Shown piece after piece: positions 10,550-18,950 of a stretch of 27,387 nucleotides of DNA. The position numbers and the translations under genes were made by a program. The first letter of the stretch is position 1, and each line of letters begins with the position of its first letter. The stretch lies in contig NZ_MWQY01000003.1 of the NCBI RefSeq assembly GCF_002087085.1, positions 248,001 to 275,387 of the forward strand. The letters are read 5' to 3'. The notes under the pieces were generated by a model. It had not been told where the DNA came from, did no database searches, and was given only the letters and a program-made list of their open reading frames with translations.

Positions 10550-11206
10550 CTACAGCACGAACCCGTAGCCCAGCAGCAACTTGAACCCGTTCACGTCGAA
10601 GGGGTCCTTGTCCGCGTCGAAGGCATCAGTCAGGTTCCGGCCGTAGCGCACCTCCAGGCTCAGCACACCCTGGTTCATAATAAATCCGTAGCCCACCCCG
10701 GCAGTCAGCCCCAGGACAATCGGGTTATCCGGAGTATCACTCCCTTCAACGGTCACGCCTCCGCCGCTTTCCTCGAACTCAAGGTCCCCTGTTAGCAGAA
10801 TTATGGTCGGTCCCGCAAGACCGTAAAAGCCGCCGACAGGCTGAGAGGCAATCTTAAGCTGTAAAGGGATCTCAATAGCATTGATGGAATAGCTGCCCTC
10901 AAAGTCCTCCCCGGCGTAAGAATACTCGTAATCCTGGCCGTACTGGGTAAAATTCAGCTCCGTCACAAAACCCAGGTTCTGGCTGAACATGGATTCCAGG
11001 TATAGTCCTGCGTGCAGCGCCGGGTGCAGCTGCTCTTCTATGTCAATTCCATAATAGAGTTCTGCGGACTCCACATAATCGTCCCAGTTGTTGCCGCTGA
11101 ACCAGCCAAGGTTCACCCCGCCCTTTACCCCGAAAACGAGCTCCCGGGCCGTCAGCCCCGCAGAGCACAGAAGAATGAGGAGGATCAGTCCAATAAATCT
11201 TTTCAT
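10550..11206 (-). CDS. Outer-membrane beta-barrel protein (OMP_b-brl_2/PorT-like porin family)
   Basis: Start re-assigned to ATG 11206 (MKRFIGLILLILL..., AAGGAG RBS, signal peptide). Alternating amphipathic strands FGVKGGVNL, IEIPLQLK, YGLAGP, LEVRY, and an aromatic C-terminal strand LLLGYGFVL. Confidence 0.85.
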   Translation of the reverse strand: MKRFIGLILLILLCSAGLTARELVFGVKGGVNLGWFSGNNWDDYVESAELYYGIDIEEQLHPALHAGLYLESMFSQNLGFVTELNFTQYGQDYEYSYAGEDFEGSYSINAIEIPLQLKIASQPVGGFYGLAGPTIILLTGDLEFEESGGGVTVEGSDTPDNPIVLGLTAGVGYGFIMNQGVLSLEVRYGRNLTDAFDADKDPFDVNGFKLLLGYGFVL

Positions 11207-11243
11207 ATACAACTCCTTTGTATTGTGATTGATACCCCTCTTA

Positions 11244-11261
11244 TTGCAGAAAGCATGCCAG
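11244..11261 (-). promoter_or_regulatory. Sigma-54 (-24/-12) promoter of the beta-barrel gene
   Basis: Minus strand CTGGCATGCTTTCTGCAA = TGGCA-N-N5-CTGC with exact GG-N10-GC spacing. Predicted start site ~11234, 28 nt before the ATG. Confidence 0.8.
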
Positions 11262-11324
11262 AACGGTATGTGCTGAATATGTAAGTACTTAGCTGTGTTC
11301 GGATGAAAAGATTTCACCATGGAG

Positions 11325-11360
11325 GATAAGTAATGTTATGTTTTGATAAGATTTCTTACC
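11325..11360 (-). promoter_or_regulatory. Tandem upstream activator boxes (putative enhancer-binding protein sites)
   Basis: Minus strand GGTAA-GAAATC-TTATC aaaa CATAA-CATTAC-TTATC: two 16-bp imperfect palindromes with 20-bp period. The same architecture occurs at 14620-14655. Confidence 0.65.
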
Positions 11361-11441
11361 AGGCTTATGGTTAAGCAAGATAATAATTGGTATTTATCTG
11401 ACCTTGAAAGCGTCGCTGTTTTTTCCTGGGCTTGTATTATG

Positions 11442-14252
11442 TTATGTAGTGGAGGGTGTCTTTGCCAGGATTGCATTCTGTAAATCCTTCCTAATCCGAC
11501 TCCTCTCGCTGCTTCCGGTAGTAGACAGACGAAGGACCGGCAGTCCCGATTTCTTTAAAACTGAATCCTTCAGTGCATCACGCTCTGCCTGGCGTGAGCC
11601 TTTCCGGTGAAATGCGAATCCGTCCACTTCAATTACCAAAATCGGACTCTTGTTGACCTTGCGATAAATGAGAAAATCGGTTCGTGTCCAGGGATGGGAG
11701 GCATAGGCAGATTCCTCGGGGCTTAAGTGACCTGTATCCCTTACCAGCATCCACAAAGGGAACTGGAAAAGAATGCCATAGCCCTTATAAAGGCCCTCAT
11801 TCAGGACTGCCTCAATCTCAGCGTAGGCAAGGTTTTCGGAATCATATTTCGAAATCCGTTTTAACTTTTTAAATGCATCTTTACGAGCTGCAGTGTATTC
11901 GGTATATAGAAGATCAAAAACAGAACGGACCCTGCCGGGAATAACATCACCATTACTGTATTGTATATAGCGGACAAAATCGGCAATATTGCCGTTCCCC
12001 TCGGCCATCTCCTTTGACACAACCAGCCGCAGTTTCTCCTGTGCCCTGGATATGGCTACGTTCAATAAATTCGGGTTATCAACGAAATCGTTGGCTTCGT
12101 TTGACACTGTTGTTATAATCATAACGCGCTTTTCTCTGCCCTGATACTTATGTACCGTGTCTACTTCAACCTCCTCTGAACCGATAGTCGCCCGTATTCG
12201 AGCGGTCTGTTCCCGGTAAGGAGAGACAATACCGATATCACAGGAATTAATCGTCCCCAGCTCGGGTAAAACATTTTCTATAATTTCGTCAATCTGACGC
12301 TGATTGAAGGTACCCCGTGCATGCCGGCCCTCCACAGTCATATAAACCTTTATGACATCGGATTCACCCTGATCGCTGGTCATAACTAGCAGCTCTCCCC
12401 CGTAAAACTGCTGGTTACAGAACTGAATAATCTTCGGGTGGCACCGGTAATGCTCACGCAGCAATGTCTCAGGGATTTCTGAAAAAGCCGATCGCACCGC
12501 AGAAAGCAGGTTATGTTCCTCATACCTTGCATAGTGCGGTACATCGTAGCGTTGTACTACCTGTATAGCCTTTTCTTTATCCTGTTCCGACAATACGTTG
12601 GGAAGCTGCATGGGATCACCGACTATTACAAGCTTTTTTGCGCAGCCCATGGCAAGAACACCGTTCAAAAGATCCACTTGGCTTGTTTCGTCAACAATAA
12701 CGCAGTCAAACATATACCCGTTCCGGACCGAAGTTATCACTGAGAACGTCGTGCTAAGTATAAGAGGATATTCATCAAGGAAATCTTCAGGCTGCCGCCA
12801 GAGATCCTGAAGGGCAAAAATCCTTCTCGTTTTATTGTTATAGTGCTTTGCAAGACGATGCTTTAGAAGTCGCATCGAAAGGGCGGTCAACAGTTCAAGA
12901 CTTTCATTAAAGCGAAATTCCTTCAGCGAAACTTCCAGCTTTGTACGTCTGTTTTCCAGGTCCTCTATTGTGCGCAGGTAGTAGGCTTTTTGCAGTATAG
13001 CAATCCGTTCCTCGATGCCAAGATCAAACAGAATGCGTCCGGCCATACCGAATCGCAGCAACAACAATAGCTTTTGCAAAATCCCGGTACGACAGCCTGT
13101 TACTCCTGCAGTGCCTGGTGATTGTCTTTGATTTTTAGTATATTGGCGTTTTGCTTTCCTTTCATACGCCATCCAATATTTCATCAGATCCTGTGCAGGT
13201 GTTTCAGGCTGAAACGACCGATCTCTTATGCTTAAGTTTCGGCCATTAAATTCCTGACGGAATTTCTCAAAATGAGTTAATTCTAGTTTGAGTGCATCGA
13301 TCTTTTGAATAACACCAGACAACTCGTTCTTTAGTTTGAATCCTTTATCAATTTCCTGATTCAGACTACGAATTTTATTATATACAGCCGCTGTCTGCCC
13401 AATGGGGATAATCGGCAGTTGAACCAGAGTATCCGTTTGACCCTCTATAAACGCCGTTTTGTTTTTAGCACTACCAAGAAATGCGGCTACAAAATTCAGC
13501 TCGTATTTTTTTAGTTTCTCAAGTACGTTTGCCGTAGCGGAATTGTTACTGGATACCACAGCTACTTTTTTCCCTTCCAGCAGCATGTTTCCAATTAAAT
13601 TCAGTATCGTCTGCGTTTTTCCAGTACCCGGCGGTCCTTGGATTATGGATACTGGATGCCGCAGTGCTTTTTCAAGCGCCATTTTCTGGCTCATGTTACA
13701 GCCAAAGGGTAAAATGAGGCTCGGATCGCCCCCTGACGAACTCGAATCAAGGATGGAAGGTTTATCCCGAAGAAAACTGAAAAGAATACTTTCCTGTGAA
13801 ATGATGTCCAAATACCGATATTTCATCGCAAGAAGTGAAGAACCTTCATCCGTCCGCAGTGATACACATTCAGCAAGCTCACGCAAATACGCGAGAACAT
13901 CTTTGCTGCGTCCTTCCGGAGTGGTCATCCGCTGAATGGAGAACTCAGAGAACCGGCAGCATCTGCTGCTTCCAGTTCCGTGAAAGATTTTTACCCAATG
14001 TCCGAAGCGCAATACCTCATTTACATCAGACAAAAGATCGCCTTCAATAAAAACACAGCAGTTATCGACTGATATAGATTCGGGATTTGAGAAAAATTCA
14101 ACATTGCTCCGGAAATAAGGGTATGATTTCCCGCTTTTATAGGTTACGACAGTGCGTTCGTTATTAAGGCTTATGTGTCGGATTTCATCCGTTTTGTCCT
14201 CGTCCTTGATGATGACGAGATTTTGCTTCGAGTTTATAGTCATTGTTTCCAT
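11442..14252 (-). CDS. Superfamily 1 (Upf1/DNA2-like, AAA_11/AAA_12) helicase with C-terminal DUF2726-like nuclease domain
   Basis: QGPPGTGKT, SSNNSATANV, IVDETSQ, VGDPMQL, LREHYRCHPKI, TVHKYQGRE, NVAISRA. C-terminal RTDFLI...IEVDGFAFH...QAERDALKD is DUF2726/Vsr-like. Confidence 0.88.
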   Translation of the reverse strand: METMTINSKQNLVIIKDEDKTDEIRHISLNNERTVVTYKSGKSYPYFRSNVEFFSNPESISVDNCCVFIEGDLLSDVNEVLRFGHWVKIFHGTGSSRCCRFSEFSIQRMTTPEGRSKDVLAYLRELAECVSLRTDEGSSLLAMKYRYLDIISQESILFSFLRDKPSILDSSSSGGDPSLILPFGCNMSQKMALEKALRHPVSIIQGPPGTGKTQTILNLIGNMLLEGKKVAVVSSNNSATANVLEKLKKYELNFVAAFLGSAKNKTAFIEGQTDTLVQLPIIPIGQTAAVYNKIRSLNQEIDKGFKLKNELSGVIQKIDALKLELTHFEKFRQEFNGRNLSIRDRSFQPETPAQDLMKYWMAYERKAKRQYTKNQRQSPGTAGVTGCRTGILQKLLLLLRFGMAGRILFDLGIEERIAILQKAYYLRTIEDLENRRTKLEVSLKEFRFNESLELLTALSMRLLKHRLAKHYNNKTRRIFALQDLWRQPEDFLDEYPLILSTTFSVITSVRNGYMFDCVIVDETSQVDLLNGVLAMGCAKKLVIVGDPMQLPNVLSEQDKEKAIQVVQRYDVPHYARYEEHNLLSAVRSAFSEIPETLLREHYRCHPKIIQFCNQQFYGGELLVMTSDQGESDVIKVYMTVEGRHARGTFNQRQIDEIIENVLPELGTINSCDIGIVSPYREQTARIRATIGSEEVEVDTVHKYQGREKRVMIITTVSNEANDFVDNPNLLNVAISRAQEKLRLVVSKEMAEGNGNIADFVRYIQYSNGDVIPGRVRSVFDLLYTEYTAARKDAFKKLKRISKYDSENLAYAEIEAVLNEGLYKGYGILFQFPLWMLVRDTGHLSPEESAYASHPWTRTDFLIYRKVNKSPILVIEVDGFAFHRKGSRQAERDALKDSVLKKSGLPVLRLSTTGSSERSRIRKDLQNAILAKTPSTT

Positions 14253-14391
14253 GTACTTTATCGCCTGAAACCGGACACAGATAAAAATTCTCTAACTATT
14301 CTAAACCGAATCACCTGTTTACGCCAGCTTTCGATTTACTGACTTCGATTGCTCTTTGGCTACACTTACGTCAAGGACCTATCATTGGACT

Positions 14392-14559
14392 ATGGACAGC
14401 ATCGAAACGATACAGAACTTCCATACCCGCAAGGCGCGCAGACAGTAGCAGCAGGCCCGGGAACAGGGAGAAACCTATGAATCGATGCTGCCGGACTTTG
14501 TTATTGGCATTCTTGAGAGGGACTCCGTGGCTGTGATGATCATACTATTCGGCCAATAA
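14392..14559 (+). pseudogene. Probable remnant of a minimal nucleotidyltransferase (MNT)-type gene
   Basis: Manual translation MDSIETIQNFHTRKARRQ*QQAREQGETYESMLPDFVIGILERDSVAVMIILFGQ*. It has an internal stop and ends at an IILFG(S)-like motif typical of MNT N-termini. Confidence 0.35.
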
Positions 14560-14619
14560 GAAACATATTCTCAGGTTTATAGATCTGCTGATACTTAGCT
14601 CCCTTTGAACTTCCTCCAT

Positions 14620-14655
14620 CATAAATATTTTTATCCCCCCATAATTTTCTTTATC
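14620..14655 (+). promoter_or_regulatory. Tandem upstream activator boxes (putative enhancer-binding protein sites)
   Basis: CATAA-ATATTT-TTATC cccc CATAA-TTTTCT-TTATC: two 16-bp imperfect palindromes with 20-bp period, 53 nt upstream of the -24 element. Confidence 0.65.
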
Positions 14656-14707
14656 ATAAACCGGTCATAAACCCCCGAATTTCGGTCGAATTCCCGCTAA
14701 ATTCCCC

Positions 14708-14724
14708 TTGGCACAGATACTGCA
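14708..14724 (+). promoter_or_regulatory. Sigma-54 (-24/-12) promoter of the five-gene operon
   Basis: TTGGCACAGATACTGCA = TGGCAC-N5-CTGCA with exact GG-N10-GC spacing. Predicted start site ~14735-14736. Confidence 0.82.
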
Positions 14725-14735
14725 TTAAAAGTGCT

Positions 14736-16058
14736 ATGGTCAGTGTCCTACAACAGCGTCTGTTATTCCCGCTGCTTCGAATTACAGGAATCGCGGGGCT
14801 TCTGCTTCTCCTGTACATCTCTCTGCATCTTCTGCTTCCCGGGCAATTTCCCTCTCTGCCGGCCCTGACACCTTCCCAGGGGGCACTCCTGGCAGCCGTG
14901 CTTTCCGTTGTCTCCTTGGTACTGCTTCCCGGCTACAAGAAAAGCAGCTTCTTTGTTTCCCTCGGCGTCGGGTCCGGTTTTATCATTCTTGCCCTGTATC
15001 CTGGCCACCTTCCTTTACGACTCCATGAGGGGCTTCTCCTTGCAAGCGGGACCTTGAGTTACAGCGCTGCGCTTTACAGTTCGCTGGTACCCGTTCTCAA
15101 TCGACAGCTTTTTTCCCTGGTTTTACCCGTAGTTCTCGTTGTTTCTGTAACAGCCGGCTCGTTTCTGCTGCCTGAAAGCACCGATATCACCTACAGGGGT
15201 GAACTGGATTCCGTACGCCGGGTACTTGCGCAGCTTGATCCGGCCTATAAGGTCGTTCTCGGTATGGAGCAGGAACTTTCCTCTTACATCGAGGATAAGC
15301 TGCAGAACAAAGATGACAAAGAGGAGGAAGAGGCCCTTGTCCATGAGCTGAATTCCAGGATTCAACAGATGGAAGATGAACTTGCCCGCTTTAAGGCGGT
15401 GGAGGAAGAGAACGTGCTCTACCGCGACGAGATTGCTGCGCTGAAACGGAAAATCGGCGACATGGAGGTCCGTGATAAATCCACTGTTGCCATACGCAGG
15501 GTTGCCACCATCTCCGAGGCTGTACGGCCTGCCTCTCCGGTAGTGCGGGATTTCGCGGTACGCCTCGCATCTGCCCATCCCGGTTCTTTCAGCAGGTTTT
15601 CCGGCGGATACCCCTCCCCCGGCCCGGAGGGCATTGCGCAGATCCTCAGCATCCACCGCTACATTGCCGCAGAGTGGAAATACATAAGCGATCCCCTTAG
15701 CTCCGGAACAGACTATTACTCCCCCGCGGACAGGACCATTGCTCTGGGGCTTTCCGGGGACTGCGACGACTTTGCCGTTCTGCTTGCATCCTGTATCGAA
15801 GCAATCGGCGGCAGGGCCCGTATTCTGCACGGGAGCTGCTCCGATGGTGCCCATGCCTGGGCCGAAGCCTACATTGGGAGTGTTGCGGCCTGGAACGAGA
15901 CTGTCAGCATAACTCGGAAGTTCTATCCAGGCCGCAGCGTCTCGTACCTGGAACCTCGTTCAGCGGACGACTACTGGCTCTGCCTGGACTGGCAGGCGGG
16001 AATCTACAGCTGCGGAGAAAATCCCGGCTATATGTATGAAACTCAAGGAAGGTTTTAA
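14736..16058 (+). CDS. Polytopic membrane protein with coiled-coil stalk and C-terminal transglutaminase-like (papain-fold) domain
   Basis: About five hydrophobic segments in the first ~145 aa, a charged heptad-rich stalk, then the transglutaminase core GDCDDFA (Cys), HAWAE (His), LDW (Asp). Confidence 0.85.
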   Translation: MVSVLQQRLLFPLLRITGIAGLLLLLYISLHLLLPGQFPSLPALTPSQGALLAAVLSVVSLVLLPGYKKSSFFVSLGVGSGFIILALYPGHLPLRLHEGLLLASGTLSYSAALYSSLVPVLNRQLFSLVLPVVLVVSVTAGSFLLPESTDITYRGELDSVRRVLAQLDPAYKVVLGMEQELSSYIEDKLQNKDDKEEEEALVHELNSRIQQMEDELARFKAVEEENVLYRDEIAALKRKIGDMEVRDKSTVAIRRVATISEAVRPASPVVRDFAVRLASAHPGSFSRFSGGYPSPGPEGIAQILSIHRYIAAEWKYISDPLSSGTDYYSPADRTIALGLSGDCDDFAVLLASCIEAIGGRARILHGSCSDGAHAWAEAYIGSVAAWNETVSITRKFYPGRSVSYLEPRSADDYWLCLDWQAGIYSCGENPGYMYETQGRF

Positions 16059-16933
16059 TGTCCTCTACCGCGAAGACCATGATTAATCTTCTCTTTCCCC
16101 TCATGGCCCTTGCAGGTTCCTGGCTGATTTTGCAGCTGGAGCACCTGGATGAAGGCTATGCCCTATTTCTTCCGGCAATTCTGGTAGGCTGTTACGGCAT
16201 CATCATAGGCTTCAGCCTCTCCGGTACCGAGGACCGGGACTACGCTGAACACCAGATAGACACAATCTACTTTCTCGGTTTTCTCTACACCCTTGTCTCC
16301 CTGGCAGTCTTTTTTTACCGCTTTAATCCTGCTCTTTTACAGGACAACTGGCTCATTGCACAGGCCCTATACTACATCGGGATATCGGTAAGCACCTCGA
16401 TTACCGGGGTCCTTTTCCGCAGCATCGCACGAAGCGGATATTTAAAAAAACACGGTGAGGAAAAAGTCGACCTTGAGAAAAGTTATATCCTCTTAAAGTC
16501 CATTGCAGAAAGTTTTTCTTCCAGTTACGAAGAGACCTTCCAGACAATGCGCCGGTATTTCGATGAACGCATAGAGACCAGTGCCGCCCTTGGGGCCAGA
16601 GAAAAGGAGTATCTGGAATCCCTGGAACGCTTTATCGGTGTAATGGATAAGTTTTCCGCCGGGCTCACGGCCACACGCGAGGAACTGCAGGAGGCGGGCC
16701 GCGCTTTTTCCCGGGACCTCGCCGCCCAGCGGGAACCGATAGCGGGTATCGCGGAAAGCTCCCTCGCCTTTTCCCATGCCGCTGGCCGCATTCGCTCGGA
16801 ACTGGAAGCCCTTCCCATGAGCAGCATTACTGGAGGCTGCGAGCGGTTCAGAAAGGAGATCAGCGAGCTCGATACGGTGCTGGATAACTTTGTGAGCCTC
16901 CTGGAACTCAAAGTGGAGAAACTGGGCGTATGA
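16058..16933 (+). CDS. MotA/TolQ/ExbB/ZorA-like proton-channel subunit with long helical C-terminal tail
   Basis: Four predicted TM segments. IYFLGFLYTLVSL resembles the LGLLGT motif and GISVSTSITGV resembles the AL.TT..G motif of this superfamily. Followed by a ~170-aa helical tail. TAATG coupling to the upstream gene. Confidence 0.65.
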   Translation: MSSTAKTMINLLFPLMALAGSWLILQLEHLDEGYALFLPAILVGCYGIIIGFSLSGTEDRDYAEHQIDTIYFLGFLYTLVSLAVFFYRFNPALLQDNWLIAQALYYIGISVSTSITGVLFRSIARSGYLKKHGEEKVDLEKSYILLKSIAESFSSSYEETFQTMRRYFDERIETSAALGAREKEYLESLERFIGVMDKFSAGLTATREELQEAGRAFSRDLAAQREPIAGIAESSLAFSHAAGRIRSELEALPMSSITGGCERFRKEISELDTVLDNFVSLLELKVEKLGV

Positions 16934-17448
16934 AACGGGGAAGCGATGCCATGCACTACTCCCTGGCGGAGTTCGCCTACATCCTGTTTTTCCTGAGTGT
17001 CTGGGCTGCACTGCTTGTGTACGGCCGCTACCAGGCTGTCGCTGTTCAGTACCAGAACGCCCGGGAAGAGATTTCCCTGCTCACCGAGGAGGTGAACTAC
17101 CTGAACGAGGTCCTGGCGGAAAAAGAAAACGCCGTGGTTCCCTGCTGGAGAAGACCAGACAAGGCCATTCCGGAGGTAGCGGGTGTCATTGCCATTCACA
17201 GCAGCACCATCTACACCCTTACCCGAAATCCCGGAGATGACAGGGACGCTTTTGCCGCCCCGCCTGAAACTCGGGACACGATCCTCAAAACCCGTACGGC
17301 AGCTTTCTTTAAGGAGGAGCTGGCCTACGCGCGGGAGAAGAACTGTTACATCCGGGTACGGATAGAAAACCATACAAACGATTTTTCACTCTATAAAGGC
17401 ATGGCGCAGGTTCTTGCCGGCCTTGGGATAGTGGTGGTCAATGAATAG
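16930..17448 (+). CDS. MotB/ExbD/TolR-like single-pass partner subunit
   Basis: Short N-terminus and one TM starting with an acidic residue (YSLAEFAYILFFL), then a coiled coil. The C-terminus IRVRIENH...LYKGMAQVLAGLGIVVV resembles the ExbD/TolR periplasmic domain. ATGA overlap with the MotA-like gene. Confidence 0.6.
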   Translation: MKRGSDAMHYSLAEFAYILFFLSVWAALLVYGRYQAVAVQYQNAREEISLLTEEVNYLNEVLAEKENAVVPCWRRPDKAIPEVAGVIAIHSSTIYTLTRNPGDDRDAFAAPPETRDTILKTRTAAFFKEELAYAREKNCYIRVRIENHTNDFSLYKGMAQVLAGLGIVVVNE

Positions 17449-18352
17449 CTGCAGGAATATCTCCATAAACCTTCTGCGCTGGAAACTCTGCTGCGGGGCG
17501 GCCCTGCGGGTCGCAGGGATTAACCTGCGATACCTGACGGCCGGAACCCGCATTCTAACTCTCCTGTCTGTCTCAGGATGCGGCAGCTTCAAACAGAAAT
17601 TTCGCTTTTCCCGCAGGGTATGTACATTCCATGGGCTGACGATTCTTATCGATTTCGTGCGCGCCGCACGGACCCCGTCGAAGGAGTGGAAGCTGAACCT
17701 ATCGGCCGGCGAGGATACATTGAACTACCTCCACAGCGAAAAGGCGATACGTCTGCAGCGGACAATCGCGAAACACTTTATTGAACGGCAGTACGGTATT
17801 AGACCTGAGCCCTTCGAGCTGGAGGTCCTGTCACGCTGCGCCTCCGTCGGGGCAGCCTCGGGCCGGCTGATACGGGCGGCAGGCTGCGGAAGTCCCACCA
17901 CCTTAAACAGGGAAGATCTGTTCCGCTGCAGGACCGTTTTCCCTGCTTTTATCCGCTTGCTGAATCTCGATATGGATTTCAGGGAACGGAATCCTGTACC
18001 GGAACCGCCGCTGAGTCGGTTCAGAATAAAACTCCGCAGGAGCCTTTCCCTTCCACGTCGAACCCGGCAGCCGGCATTGCCTCAACTTTACCCCCGGGAA
18101 CTGGACCGGGAACGGCGGGAGTTTGAACGGACTTCTTTACTGGCTCGCTACTGCTCGAGCAAAGCAATCCTTGTCCGGACATTTACCTCGGAGCTCTTTC
18201 GGCTCTATCTCGACGCCATGCAGCTTATCATCGAGAATCCGCCTAGCAAAGCGGGACTGCACAATATCGAACCTCTGCTGAACCGTCTTGAACGGATGCA
18301 TACAAAATCACTGAACCATTTTAGGGAGGAGAATTATGGGTACATGGAGTAA
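17441..18352 (+). CDS. Hypothetical Arg-rich basic protein
   Basis: 303-aa ORF that fills the gap and overlaps both neighbours (8 nt and 17 nt). No motif recognised. Confidence 0.65.
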   Translation: MNSCRNISINLLRWKLCCGAALRVAGINLRYLTAGTRILTLLSVSGCGSFKQKFRFSRRVCTFHGLTILIDFVRAARTPSKEWKLNLSAGEDTLNYLHSEKAIRLQRTIAKHFIERQYGIRPEPFELEVLSRCASVGAASGRLIRAAGCGSPTTLNREDLFRCRTVFPAFIRLLNLDMDFRERNPVPEPPLSRFRIKLRRSLSLPRRTRQPALPQLYPRELDRERREFERTSLLARYCSSKAILVRTFTSELFRLYLDAMQLIIENPPSKAGLHNIEPLLNRLERMHTKSLNHFREENYGYME

Positions 18353-18881
18353 CGAAAAAAGCGAAAACAGGGACATCCAGCGCTATGCGCCGAAGGACCT
18401 GACCAACAGCACGGAGTTCACCAAGGAGCTTCACAGCATCAACAGCAACCAGACCCTCACCGTGCTGGACAAGCACCGCTCGAAAAAGCAGCTCATGCGG
18501 GCGGTATTTGCCGCCAAGCAGCAGGAGATTTCCCACCACCTGGACTCCTATTCCAACTATCTGCTCGCCCGCAAGGATGTTGAGGCCAAGTCCATCGCCC
18601 TGGAAGCCCAGAAGGCGATCATGGTGCTGGAAAAAGAGCAGCTCAAGATGATGAAGGAGATGGGCTTGTCCCACACCGACGAGATCGCAGAAACCCTCAT
18701 GAAGGCCGGTCTCATGATGACGGAGAAACTGAAGGAGGTGGAGGAATCCCGCATGGAAGCTGAAATAAAGCTGATGACCCTCACGAACATCCGGCGAGTC
18801 TGGGACAAGACCAACAGCCGTATAATGGAGAGCGTCGACACCTATATGGACGAACTGTGGGAGAAGGAACATGGACGCTGA
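18336..18881 (+). CDS. Hypothetical all-helical/coiled-coil cytoplasmic protein
   Basis: Strong GGAGGAG RBS, GC3-biased codons, Met/Glu/Lys-rich helical sequence, no TM segment or signal peptide. Confidence 0.8.
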   Translation: MGTWSNEKSENRDIQRYAPKDLTNSTEFTKELHSINSNQTLTVLDKHRSKKQLMRAVFAAKQQEISHHLDSYSNYLLARKDVEAKSIALEAQKAIMVLEKEQLKMMKEMGLSHTDEIAETLMKAGLMMTEKLKEVEESRMEAEIKLMTLTNIRRVWDKTNSRIMESVDTYMDELWEKEHGR

Positions 18882-18950
18882 TAATGTGGTAATATCGGAT
18901 AGAACTGTTTTATCTTTCAAGGTATTTAACACCGAAAGTGAGGATACGGA

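Noticed and set aside
10240..10568. ORF 10281..10568 (+) and a stop-interrupted hydrophobic frame on the minus strand
   Set aside because: The plus ORF crosses a terminator and has a TTG start without RBS. The minus frame has several stops and no recognisable family.
11207..11320. Track's longer N-terminus for the beta-barrel ORF (start 11320)
   Set aside because: It spans the sigma-54 promoter. The signal peptide and RBS indicate ATG 11206.
11286..14600. TACTTAGCT present at both 11286 and 14592, considered as a target-site duplication
   Set aside because: Only 9 bp, and excision between the copies would remove one set of enhancer boxes. Chance is not excluded and no mobile-element ends were seen.
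7440..14700. Integron cassette array as an explanation for the gene-by-gene GC mosaic
   Set aside because: Intergenic gaps are too short or lack recognisable attC R''/R' inverted cores, and there is no integrase in the window.
16058..17448. Calling the pair canonical zorA/zorB, motA/motB or exbB/exbD
   Set aside because: No OmpA-like domain, no zorC/D/E, tonB or flagellar context, and Glu in place of Asp. Only superfamily-level similarity is supportable.
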